Shown here: positions 52,334-64,000 of the stretch, one piece after another | How positions within the stretch are numbered: the stretch's first letter is position 1 | How the letters are laid out: each line of letters opens with the position of its first letter | Assembly: GCA_002189035.1 (NCBI GenBank) | Contig: NEEC01000014.1 | Location: 1,116,001-1,180,000 of the forward strand | DNA: 64,000 bases | Reading direction: 5' to 3' | Origin: Utricularia gibba | Taxonomy: Eukaryota > Plantae > Magnoliophyta | Program-made: the position numbers and the translations under genes | Notes under the pieces: generated by a model | Told to the model about the DNA's origin: nothing | Database searches by the model: none | What the model saw: only the letters and a program-made list of their open reading frames with translations

Positions 52334-54945
52334 ATGCCACCGGACTCTGCTTACGAGCCCGACCCGGACGATCCCGATGCTGAACCTGAGTTTGTTGAGG
52401 TTGACCCCTCCGGTCGGTACGGTCGGGTTCGTCCAATTTCTTGTTCTATACCTCATTTCTCTTTTTCTTTTTTTTTTTTAAATGATAATGTGTTGGCTTT
52501 TATTCAGTTTTGGAAGTTTAGCTTTGTGGCTGGTCTTTTTGTTGTTGAAGTACTAAGTTGTGTTTATTGCATTTTGGCAGTATAAGGAAGTTCTAGGCAA
52601 GGGAGCTTGCAAGAAAGTGTATCCTTTCTGTATTTATGAGTACTTCTTCTTTTTTATTATTTGTATTTATTCATTTATGTATATATTTTTTTTTTGTATC
52701 CTTTGTGTTTCTATTGGTTTTTGTGTACTACTTAACTATGTTATACAAGATATCGAGCTTTTGATGAATGGGAAGGGATAGAGGTAGCATGGAATCAGGT
52801 TAAAGTTGCTGATCTTTTACGGAATTCAGTTGATTTGGAGCGCCTATATTCGGAAGTTCACTTGCTGAAAACCCTCAAGCACAAAAATATCATCAAATTT
52901 TATAATTCTTGGGTTGATTCAAAGAACGAGCATATCAACTTCATCACTGAAATTTTTACTTCTGGAACCTTGCGACAGTACGTTATTTTGCTCTATCTTC
53001 TATTTTGGCTTTCCAGCTGGTGAGATGTCATTCTAACTTTTGTTCTGCATTATGCAGATATAGAAAGAAACACAAGCATGTTGATGTCCGGGCACTCAAG
53101 AAATGGTCTCGGCAAATCCTCGAGGGACTTTCATATCTTCACAGTCATGATCCGCCAGTTATTCACAGGGACTTGAAATGTGATAATTTATTTGTAAATG
53201 GGAATCAGGGGAGGTAAAAATTGGTGACTTGGGACTTGCCGCCATTCTTCAGCAAGCTCGTGCAGCTCATAGTGTCATAGGTGAGATGGCAGTGGATTAT
53301 GGCTTCTGTATTTTTACTTTTCTGGTTCATCGTCTAATTATGAAGAAGAAAGTTGATTTTTCATTCAGGCACCCCAGAATTTATGGCTCCAGAACTTTAT
53401 GAGGAGGAATACAATGAACTTGTTGATATATATGCATTCGGGATGTGTTTGTTGGAGCTGGTGACACTAGAGTATCCGTATGTGGAATGTTCTAATGCAG
53501 CTCAAATATTCAAAAAGGTTACTGCGGTGAGTTACCTTTCCATATGCCTAGGTGCTGTTGCAGAATTTAATGTGTGCCAATTTTTTTTCCTGCTCTCTTA
53601 ATTCCCTGGCGAAAAAAGAGATTTCATGTTATAATTTTCTGATCTTGATGCTATTTTTTTTGAATTATATTAAAGGGAATCAAGCCAGCATCTTTAGGGA
53701 AAGTGAAGGACGCTGCTGTTCGTGCATTTATAGAAAAATGTATTGCAAAAGTATCTGATCGGCTGTCAGCCAAAGAATTATTGATGGACCCATTTCTCCA
53801 ATCCAGCGAGGATTCCAAACGAAGCCAACCACTTGACGAGCCCCAGTCAAGTTCAGGTATATTTTGTTAGCTTTCTGTACTTGTAGAGTTTCTATTTCAT
53901 CATAATAATCGACTTTGATTTTCCCAGATCATAATGACAAAACTAATGAAGACCCTGTTCCGGAGGGCAGTCGTGACTTCACGGTGCAAGGTCAAAGAAA
54001 AGATAATAACACAATATTTTTGAAGCTCCGTATAGAAGATATTTCTGGTAACGTGTATATCCTATACTGTTGTGTCTTCGTCTTCAGTAAATCTTTTGCT
54101 CCATGAGTCTTTTCTCGTTTATACGAGCATCTGTTTCCTCTTTGACTGCAGGTAATGTCCAAAACATTCACTTCCCATTTGATATTGAAGCTGATACTTC
54201 TACAGCGGTTGCGAGTGAAATGGTTGAAGAGCTGAAACTGACAGATCATGATGTCACAGTGATTGCTGCAATGATTGATTCTGAGATCCAATCTCATATT
54301 CCTGACTGGGCACCTAAAGAAGAATTGAGCGTGAATAGCGCTGTTGGTGATGAAGCAGTTTCAGGGAGCTGTTTGGAAGACATTTCCATATTGCCAAATG
54401 ATGTGGACCAACCTAGTCCTCATCTTGTGGAGAGACTACCGTCCGGTCGCCAGTACTGGAAAGACTCACCCATTGCTAGCGCCGGAAACTCTCCGCACAT
54501 ACCTGGGCCATCTCGCCATTCAGTTGACTCAGGGGATAGCTGGTTTGAAGACGTTACACAGTCACCAAATAGCCATAGGGACTCGAGCTTTTCCTACACT
54601 GCTTCTCCTCTGAGGCATGTGGAGTTTGACTATCAGCATGCCAGTTATGAAAAAGATACAAAATGTGATGAATCTGGAAATCATCTGGAACTGTCTGATG
54701 AAGCACAATCCGAGGCCCGCCCAAGTGAGGTTGAAGGCATAGTGATGAAGCTCGAGCATATGTTGGAGGAGCAGATGAAGGAGTTGGAGGAATTGAAGCA
54801 AAAGCACAACAAAGCCATAGCAACCGTGTTGAAGGAACTTCCACCAGAGACAAGCCAGCTGGTTCTTGAAACCTGCAGCAAAAGGTTTCTCGGGGAGGAG
54901 AAAAGTAGCTACACGGTATCTGGCTCCATGGATGTGGTGGATTAA
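52334..54945 (+). CDS. WNK3: WNK kinase (WNK3-like)
   Basis: [13 protein letters not shown]|[13 protein letters not shown]|YRAFD with the WNK-type Lys in subdomain [18 protein letters not shown], autoinhibitory [11 protein letters not shown] and a C-terminal coiled coil. Apparent missing G at 53208-53211. Confidence 0.92.
52619..52749 (+). other. U12-type (minor spliceosome) GT-AG intron in WNK
   Basis: Donor GTATCCTTT; branch-like TACTTAAC about 15 nt before the AG; splicing restores KKV|YRAFD. Confidence 0.88.
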
Positions 54946-55401
54946 GCAATGCTGCTTGCTCGAATTGAAGTTCAGTGCTGGTTATATATACTCCAAAACA
55001 AACAACACAGGCTGCTTTTTTGGGGAGCTGATGTTTTTACAGGAACCATTGTTTCTTCCCTTTTCTGCAATGGAGAGAAGAAAAAGAAGAAACAAGGGGT
55101 GGTGGGATCAAGGACTACATAGTACAAGGGGTGACTGCTATTTTGTTGTCGCACTTTCTTGTTGCTTTATTTTATTGCAAAAAATTCATAAAATCATAGT
55201 ATTTTACAACCAATATATGAAACATACGAGGATTTCAGAACAGGCACAATTATCCAAGAGCATTCAAACCTTCGATACTGATCACTTTTGAGTTACAAGC
55301 AAAGGGAAATGATACTGTAGGGATACGAATAAGGGAGGAAGAAGCTATTCTAACACAAAGCAAAAGGATGACACAGAGATCAGTGTCTTTGTTGCAGCAT
55401 T

Positions 55402-56904
55402 TCATTCATCGTTAGAAGTACTTCCACACAAGAGGCTCCTGCAAAAACAAAATCTCGGGCTGGCTGAGTTTCATTTATGACAATGCAGAGCAGGAATTGA
55501 AAACCATGTAAGCAATGATAAGATGCAAGCTTTTATAGATGCTCACAGTATGTATCCACGGCGGCTCTTCTTCTTCTTTATCTTCTCACGTTGCTTCTGT
55601 GGAGGTTTGATAACTACCTTGATGGCTGCATCAAAAACGGCTTTCACATTCTGATAATGGGAAGCATGGAGCCAGAAGTTAGGAATTGGAAGAAGATGAA
55701 GAAAAAGAAACTGCAAGCCTGTGATCCCCAAGTCTGCAGTATGACTAAAGCATGACCTTTACATGACTAAGTACCTGCTGAGTCTTGGAGCTACATTCAA
55801 TGTAATAAGTTGCACCGATTTGTTTGCGCAGTTCTTCCCCCTGCAGATAAAAGCAGACGAAAATTTTCACATACAGGATGTGCACAAATAAGAGCACATG
55901 GGAAGCACACCTGTGCAGTAGTAACAGGAACCAATCCAGGGTGATCAGCCAAGTAATGCCGATCTTCGCGAAGATCTATCAATGAGATGTAACATTGTAA
56001 TAATCCCTTTACCATAAGCTTCTGAGTAACTAAAAAGAGCTAGTAGAATATCACACCAAGTTTGGTCCCAACCAGTACTATTGGAATTCCAGGAGCAAAA
56101 TGTTGAAGTTCAGGGATCCACTGCAAGTCAAAATGCTTTGGGTATCAGCACCGGATGTGCTAAAACCATCACTTTACAGTATGGAAGAAGTTGAAAAATG
56201 ATGCTGCCATAACATGATTTTCACCTTTTTGAGTACGTTCTCGTAGCTCGCCCGACTTACTAATGAAAATGCTAATACAAAGACATCTGCACCTCTGTAA
56301 CTCAAGGGTCTTAGTCTATTGTAATCTTCTTGTCCTGATGATTTGATTAGACTCAGCTTTCTTAGCTCAATGGAAATTGAACCTATTGCAAACTTATGAG
56401 AAACAGGACTTACCTGCAGTATCCCAAAGTCCTAAGTTCACTGTTGTTCCATCAAGTGATACATTTGCGCTGAAGTTATCAAACACAGTAGGCACATAGT
56501 CCTGATTTCAAAGCACACCACAAAACCCTAAGACCAGTAAAATCCAGAAATTGAACTGCAATTTCCAACACCCCAATCACAAAGTTGAAGATAAATGCCG
56601 AACTACAAAATCCCGGAAACAGAAAAAGGCACCCTCTTTACATAGAGAAACACGACCCCAGTCCAAGGGACTCCACAGACATCATATCAACAGAATTCCT
56701 ACAAATCCCCATCAAGCACGTCGCACAATTAAAAAAAGCGACGTTTTGCAAATCCCCATCCCCTACGCCAAAAATGCGGACGTCAAAGAACTCACTCACA
56801 GTTGGGAACTTGTTACTGGTGTAGCAAATGAGCATACAGGTCTTGCCCACGGCCCCATCACCTACGGTTACACATTTGATGAACCTTGAAACACTGGCCG
56901 ACAT
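55402..56904 (-). CDS. Type II ROP/RAC GTPase (ROP10/11-like), 8 exons
   Basis: [39 protein letters not shown]|[16 protein letters not shown], and an extra terminal exon giving [22 protein letters not shown] with no CaaL. Confidence 0.95.
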
Positions 56905-57669
56905 ACTCGCATCACAGCCCACTAGGCTCCCAAATCAAGAAAATACCCGCAATTGAAAACCCTGAAAGCAGCCAAAAAGAAGGAAGCTTCAGAGATCCCA
57001 GTTGCTCTGAAAGCAGGTTAACAGGGGAACGACATGTGAGCCAGCCTAACGAGGTTCCTTCCTCTCTTTTATAACAGCACACACCTCCCCTCAAATCCCC
57101 CTGTAAATACTGTCGGGCCTAGCGCGTTGGAAATTACCAATAAAAAGGGAACAAATATACGCTTTCTTTTCAATATTAATTAGAAAGTAGATTTTAATAA
57201 TGCGAATAAAAATTCAATTTTCACATTTAATGAAAAAAAAATTTGGTAAAATCGTAATAAAATATATTTTTTATATTTTAAATCTATGTTTGAGCAATAT
57301 TTCTATTTTTTATTACAAGGGTCCAAAAATAAATTGAAAAGGCAATCTCTTTTCCAACTGTGATGCACCACACTATTGGGTATTTTTGTAATTTCACCCC
57401 GGGTAAGCGACTAGTCATGCATCATGCAACTCTGTGCTGTTCTAAGTGGCGACATGGTCCGCAAACAAGAAAAACACACCACGGAGAACAACATGGAATG
57501 GATGCCGGGAGATGTATTGAATCCTTGAGCTCAACAACTTCTTTGCAGATTCTAACGTACCTCATATCTGGAGCAATCAGGGTGGGGATCGGATGTCGAA
57601 CCGAGGCGGTGGCCGGAGCATCCGGTGCAGTCTGATGGCTGGCTGCCTTCTCCATTACCTCCCTCACCC

Positions 57670-59826
57670 TCATTTCCGGTTATCGCCTCTGCAACAGCCG
57701 TTCATGAGGGAACAACCGCAGGTTTATAAGTTGATGTGTATTCATGTTGTACTGCTGATAGGTTTGTACTTACATGTTTCGGAGAGAAGAGTCCTGTCCT
57801 GGGGCCTGACCGAAAATTGAACTACATCCAAAAAAAAATAGTGACAAATCATGTGACTTGCTAGAAGGCTAAGTTCAGGTTGACTTGAATTGTTCAATAT
57901 GGAGAGACTTACCCACAGGTGGAGCATTTTTTCTGACTTTTGCAGAAGATGGACAAACAAACGGAGCATATGTAGCCCATGTCAATGGTGTTCTTGTGAC
58001 AAAAGCACCTGCAGATCCGTAAAAGAGAACATTGTGATACGCAGGTCACCAATGAACGGAACAGTATTTTGAAATATTCGAAGCTTAGAACAGTTTCCAG
58101 TGGCGTTTAATACTAAAAAGATTGAAATACAGATGATGAAGTTCAGCTTGAAATCCATTCACAGAGGAAATACAGTAGAACTCACTTACGAGGCACGAAA
58201 GTCCACTCCAGCAGGCCGAGGAAGCTGCAAGAAGCCACGAGAATGCAAGTCTGTAGCAAAAACTGTCTGCATACGATATCGACATCAGATTAATTGTGTA
58301 AAGCTTAAAAATTTAGGGAAGGTTATTCATACTCGTTAAGGGACAATCTGCTCAGTACAAATGCAACTCTAAAACCAAGGTATAGTTCCTACCGCAAGAT
58401 ATTGAAAGAGTCCATCCAATATTTGGGGTTTCAGATATACACCACCCGTTATGTAAGAAGCCTGTGTTATAGGAACTGCAATCAAAACCAAACCAACAAG
58501 GGATTTAAAAGCATCTGCACTCAAACAAGAATCTGCACCTGCTGCAGAAAAGCAGAATGTTGAGCTCCTACTATGCATGAATCAATGGGCACCTAGAAGT
58601 AAAGGACAATCGTACATGTAAAATTAGAGGGAAGGATAACGTTAAATCTAAAAACTACCGAATTACATATGAGAAAACAAGCCATTCAAAAACTGATATT
58701 TACCATCAAACGTTGGGCTGAAAAGATCGAATTCATGATAGCAACATACCTGCAAAAAAAAAAAAAAAAAAACAATTAGCGAACACATATGGTGATGGCT
58801 CTACAAAGACGTTTTTAAATAATTACGATACATACTGCCCTGGTCCATCTGGCGAACCGTGTAAGCATAATATCTGTGAGTTCAAGATGCGCACTTAATT
58901 AGCTTGCAGACCATTACCAAAGAACTATATTGTATACAAGGTACAGTAAAAATGGAAAACAAATTTTCAGATCCCAGTTGAAAATTGTGGAAATTTCAAA
59001 ACTTCCGCGTTTTGGAAGTACCACTGAAGTTATCCACAGACCTATCATGTGTAGTCCCCAGATTGAAGAAGTTAAATTTCAGGATTAAACTCACCCTAGG
59101 CTGAGGATGAAGCGGCCCTGATTGAAAGATCCGCTGAATATCTAATTCAGCCATCAGAAATCACAAACAATAATAATCTTTCCAATAATCAAACAAACCA
59201 CAAACTTTAGAAACAAAAGCACAACCTCAAGTTTCATCACATAAAGGATACAGCAGAGAGCCTTTGACAAGGATCCAGAGAGAAGAGAGTAATCAGGGCC
59301 ATCTACATACTCTTCATTACACAGTGACTCGTCCTTATCCACAAATTCCTCAAATTTCTGCAGTATATCTTCCGCACGCTTGGTCTGGCTCTGGCAGTTG
59401 GAGGAATCAAAGATATACTCACAGTAACTGTGACCAGTTGCTATAACAACAACATGATTCAGTTGGTTCAGCAAAAGTATAGAATTCAAGAACGCCAAAA
59501 CCTAAAACGAGATAAGAAAAAATTAACGTTTAAGTATTCCAATTTATAAAAGAACTCAATAATAAAGAGATAAATGCAACTTACATGCGACAGGAACTTG
59601 GAGAAAGGAAAACTCGATTTCATTGAATTCCAAAAGAAGGGATTAGTGTCCATCACTACCATCAACAAACTCACATCATCTGAGAAAACACACAGACCCA
59701 CAAAAGACAAATCCTTCAACCTTTATGCGGAACAACACTCAACAATCCTCATTCGACACAAAAAAAAAAAACAAAATGTCGAAAAAAATACGAACCTGTA
59801 AAAATTTTCGAACTTAAAGAACTCAT
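57670..59826 (-). CDS. TFB4: TFIIH subunit p34 / Tfb4 (GTF2H3), multi-exon
   Basis: [28 protein letters not shown]|[21 protein letters not shown]|[14 protein letters not shown]|[20 protein letters not shown]. The 3' end is either 57770 or 57670. Confidence 0.93.
59142..59251 (-). other. Probable U12-type GT-AG intron in TFIIH p34
   Basis: Donor GTATCCTTTAT at 59251; splicing restores ALC|YIQR; branch point match is weak. Confidence 0.75.
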
Positions 59827-60358
59827 CCTGCTTCCGTCTTAGAAGTAACTGAAATCAGCAGCTACAATACCTTACCGATTAATTAATAACATAAATCGGC
59901 AATCCCAAGCTTTTCTAGTCGCCGACGACGGAGGGCTCGCAAAGCGCCAACGGAAAAAAATCCAAAAATCACTGAACACAATTTGCGTGATAGAGAAACC
60001 TTAGAAAACCTGAATGAAATCCGTTTGCAGAAACTGATGAACAACGAGGAAAACGCTAACGCGACAGAACTCATGCAGCCAAACAGGCCTTCCTTATTGA
60101 GCCTTTAAACGGGCCGGCCCAACTCCACAAGGGAAAAGGAATAAAAACCATTATGAATAATTAATCGCATTTATCTGACTAAATTATCCATCAAACGTAA
60201 TTAATTTGATTGGCTATCGTCACTATCCTGGGCTTCGACTGTAAACCGGCGACCGGAGCAAATTAGGGCTTTTTTCCGGTACCAGTGAAATGAGAGATGT
60301 TTAGGGAGTCTCGTTGAACTTGCGACTTGCATCGAGATCCTCGACAAAAAGCTCAGCT

Positions 60359-62196
60359 TCAGGCGTCAGTGGATGTGGCGGGAGCGGCAGCGGAAGTGAA
60401 GTATCGCATGACGAAGCTTGAGAGTGACCAAATGCAGATGATTCCAAGGAATTGAAGAACACTGAGGAGCGTGGTCAATGAACCGTTTATGGCCAGGTTC
60501 TGCGGCGTCGTCTCGGCTCCTCGAACGGTGAACGACAGAGCCGTCACAAGCTGCGTCGCACGGTTCAACTGGTGCAACCGGTAAACCTGCACAAAGCATC
60601 CTTCTTCAACCACGGAATGTAATGAATGGTGTGAAAGGAGGAGTCAGGAGGGGATCACTTGCTTGAAAGATCACAGGAACGGCATGGAGAGACGGCGAAC
60701 CAGTGCGTCGTGCATACTGCTCGAACGCGAATTGGACGATGATCCCAACAAGGTATGGAGCTAAGGCAGCTGAAGCTGCAGGGCCAGTCCATGGCCAGAC
60801 CAGCCCCATTGTCACAGTTGGGACGACAACACTAAGAGCTAAGACAGCAACGGAGGAGATTCGGTATCCAAGATGAGCATCAAGATGCTTTCTAGCAGAC
60901 GGTATCGGACCGGCGGGTCTCCTCAAACGATCAATCACAAGAAGGAAAGCCGCAACTCCGCAGTAGAAGAGAACTTCAGTGAAGAACAGTATCAAAAAGT
61001 CTGCATCAAAGTGCAAATCAAGACACATATGAGAAGCAGCTGTAGTTTCTAAAGCAATGGCGGACAAGGAAGATCAGAGAACAATACCGGTTAGCAAGGA
61101 ATCCTCGAATACAGTGGAAATGATTCTGCGCAGATAGAGGGATGGGAAGACAAAAGATGCGACGAATAGCGTTGGACCACCAAACCACAGTAGGAAATGC
61201 TCATTTTTCTGAGTGCTTGCTGCTGCTGTAAGGGCATGATGATGGCTCTTGGAGCGGTGGTAAAATGAGGTGAATCCTGGCTTCCCTCCAGCAGCAGCAC
61301 TGTAGGAAATACCGGGCACCTGTTCGACATCAGGAACCGCCAAGCTATCGCATTCAGTGGGACGTTCTGATTCTTGAGCACCAGGTGTGGCAAGAGGAAT
61401 ATGTGATGCCCGTAGTGACATACCCTTTGTTGTTAGGTTTCCACATATGGGCTGGCATGACTTAGCAGCATGCACTGAGATAAGGGAACACAGAACCAAA
61501 TGATACAGTAAAGGATTGATTACAAAGAGTCATACAACAAAAGCAAAGAGCATGATTCTCACAGGAAGTCACTGAATGCTAAACATATGCACAGTCTCAG
61601 AAAATATTCACAATATGTATAGGTGGGTAAGTACCTTTGAGATTTCCTGAGCATCTACCTCTGCCAAGGTGCCCTCCTGTTCTTGAGCTTAACTACAAAT
61701 GAGCAAGCAATCAGAACAAGCAGGTCTGGGGTTGCTTATTTAACCATATAGATATGCCACTTTAAGCGAGCTATAAAAACTCAAAATCACAGCTTTCTGA
61801 AGAAAAGCTCAACCATCACCTAACAAATCTCTTCTGCATTGTCTCCTGACATAGCACGAAAACTGCTCTCGACAAACACAACATCCCTGAACTAGACTTA
61901 GCTAAAAAAAAGGGATCTTGCTATGAGTGAACTCTCTGCCAACTTTCCAAGACCCAATTTTTCCACGCGATTGCCAGTGAGCATCAATTCATTTCAGAAA
62001 ATAGCATGAGCCAATCCCACCGCACAAAAAGATACTTTCATCCCCATAATTCAAACTAACGCTAAATCCTGATACACAAATGAATGGAACTTATTCCCCA
62101 ACAATAAAACTGGAACATTAGATACTTTCAGAAAGAGCCGTAAATACCGTTTTTGCGTTGTCCCGAAACGATGAAGAAAGATGCAGAGGAACGCAT
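60359..62196 (-). CDS. Conserved multi-pass membrane protein, probably plastid (At5g63040-like); 5' exons unresolved
   Basis: LYLRRIISTVFEDSLLT|DFLILFFTE..VWPWTGPAASAALAPYLVGIIVQFAFEQYAR..|VYRLHQLNRATQLVTALSF. The candidate start MRSSASFF at 62196 is uncertain. Confidence 0.8.
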
Positions 62197-62905
62197 GTTG
62201 GCGAAGGAACCCTTTTCAACTTGAGTTCCATTGTTTTTTTCTCACTGGGCTGGATCCAAAATCAATTAAAACTAAACTCCGAATACTTCGTGTGAAAACG
62301 CCAAGTACAAAAACACAAGGCCACAATTCCCCAAATCATAAAGAACCCGACTTTATCCCTGGGAATTGAGAATAGCCGACAGAAGCTTGCTGCTTTTTAT
62401 TACATCCGTCGCGCCTCCAAAATACATAACACAGAGAGCCCAAAGCTCGGTTCTTCCGGACAAGTTTTTCCCCAGAGGTTCAGAAATCAGAACAACAGAA
62501 CACAGCGCCTTTCTTTGTGTAGTGTCTTGGGTTTTTGTTCTAATGTACATTAAGTAACAATTTTGACAAACTTGCACTTAGCTTACTGTAACATAACTTT
62601 CTGTGTTGGGAATCGCTTATGAATTTGTGTGCTGATAATAAGATTTTATTTCCATGCTGCAACAGTGATGAGTGAGGGCAACTTCTAAAAAGAAAAGCTG
62701 TTTAGAATGTGAGCTGATGGGCCAGTTCCAAACAAACCTTAAAACAAAGGCCAGAAACTTCATCATTGGAACCAAACAAAGGGCAGTTACAAGTAGGCAT
62801 TTTGATACAGGATTCAAATAAGACGTACTTGTATGAATCCAACTCCAAGAAGCACAGAAGAGTTCGGTGCTATAAATAAAATACTAGTTACTGAACGCAA
62901 GCAGA

Positions 62906-64000
62906 TTAGACCTGAGCAGTGCCTTCAGTGAATTTAGGATCGTCACATCTGTACTTGCCATCGGGTCCTATGCCAAATCCTCTGGGATCAGCAAAGACGT
63001 TCTCCAGCAGCTGGCTACGATGTGGAACCGGGCTTCCATCTGCGAATTCAACTGCATCTTCCACAATGTCATCGATCTTCTTTGAAATCGACTTCAACTC
63101 TGCTTCACTAGCAAGGTTGCTTTCGATTAGATACTTCTTCAACGCCGTGATGGGGTCTCTCTTGGCATAGTGAGCCTTTTCAGCTGCAATAGTAAGTAAA
63201 TCAACACCGATGTAAGATGATATAATCCAAGGGTTTCTTCAGGAGATGATGATATTCAGTCTCAGTGATGAATATGCACATAACAGGGAATATCTACTAT
63301 ACTTCATGAATGAACCAAGAAAAGTGGAAACTCTATCGGGGACTCAATCTGTATATGCAATGAGGACTGAGAAATAGAAAATCGCACCAGGGTCACGAAG
63401 CTCATCAGGATCAGCCAAAGAGTGCCCTCTGAATCTATAGGTTTCACATTCTACCAGAGTTGGTCCTTCACCCCTTCTGGCCCTGGCGATCGCCTCCTTC
63501 GCAACTTCTCTCACCTTTAATACATCCATACCGTCTACATGAACACCAGGCATCCCAAAGGCCGGACCTTTCTTCCAAATTTCAGGATCCGAGGTGGCCC
63601 TCAAATGGGACATTCCAATGGCCCATAGATTGTTCTCAACAACAAAAATGATAGGAAGTTTCCACAATGCAGCCATGTTCAAACACTCAAAGAACTGGCC
63701 ATTGTTGCAAGTTCCATCTCCAAAAAATGCAACTGTTACATCCTCACAATCCTCCTTCAAAACTTCTCTTCTATATTTGCTCGTGAAGGCAGCACCCGTA
63801 GCAACAGGGATGCCTTCACCAATGAAAGCAAAACCCCCCAGAACGTTATGCTCCTTGGAAAACATGTGCATCGACCCACCCTGGCCTCGGCAACAGCCAG
63901 TCGTTTTGCCAAAAAGCTCACTCATAACCTGGCGTGCAGCAACTCCTTTGCTCAATGCATGAACATGGTCACGGTATGTACTAACCACAGAATCTGTATT
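62906..64000 (-). CDS. PDH-E1A: Pyruvate dehydrogenase E1 alpha subunit, plastid (3' part; 5' end outside window)
   Basis: [22 protein letters not shown], ThDP motif [28 protein letters not shown], and plastid-type C-terminus [15 protein letters not shown]. Confidence 0.95.

Noticed and set aside
24941-53211. Calling ClpS1, At1g18060-like, HBS1, ATG16, RING, IGPS and WNK pseudogenes or programmed frameshifters
   Set aside because: Every break is the same one-base loss in a G/C run with otherwise intact conserved sequence; a sequencing artefact is far more parsimonious.

Overview
Gene-dense eudicot nuclear DNA containing about 24 protein-coding genes and one MIR159 locus in 64 kb. Introns are mostly 70-150 nt and intergenic gaps are very short. 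This is compatible with a miniature genome such as Utricularia/Genlisea (inference only). Gene order: mTERF1/SOLDAT10, divergent alpha-expansin, mTERF1 5' pseudogene fragment, organellar GluRS, At5g64160-like, LTPG, mS35, BUB1, AMSH1, Dr1/NC2-beta, ClpS1, MIR159, At1g18060-like, CCDC12, HBS1/SKI7, F-box/FBD, UFSP, ATG16, RING E3, SUB1, IGPS, WNK3, type II ROP, TFIIH p34, a plastid membrane protein and plastid PDH-E1 alpha (partial). Main observations: (1) a 114-nt MIR159 hairpin that lacks the conserved loop-proximal duplex but has a ~15-nt lower stem; (2) an intact expansin with a degenerate domain 1 lying between direct repeats of the mTERF1 5' end; (3) two U12-type introns, one with a duplicated U12 donor; (4) a symmetric SKI7-like cassette exon in HBS1; (5) a start codon split by an intron in ATG16; (6) a type II ROP with an altered GC-CG box; (7) seven genes with a one-base deletion in a G/C run, most likely assembly errors. 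All gene names and Arabidopsis locus IDs are from recalled protein similarity; no database search was run.
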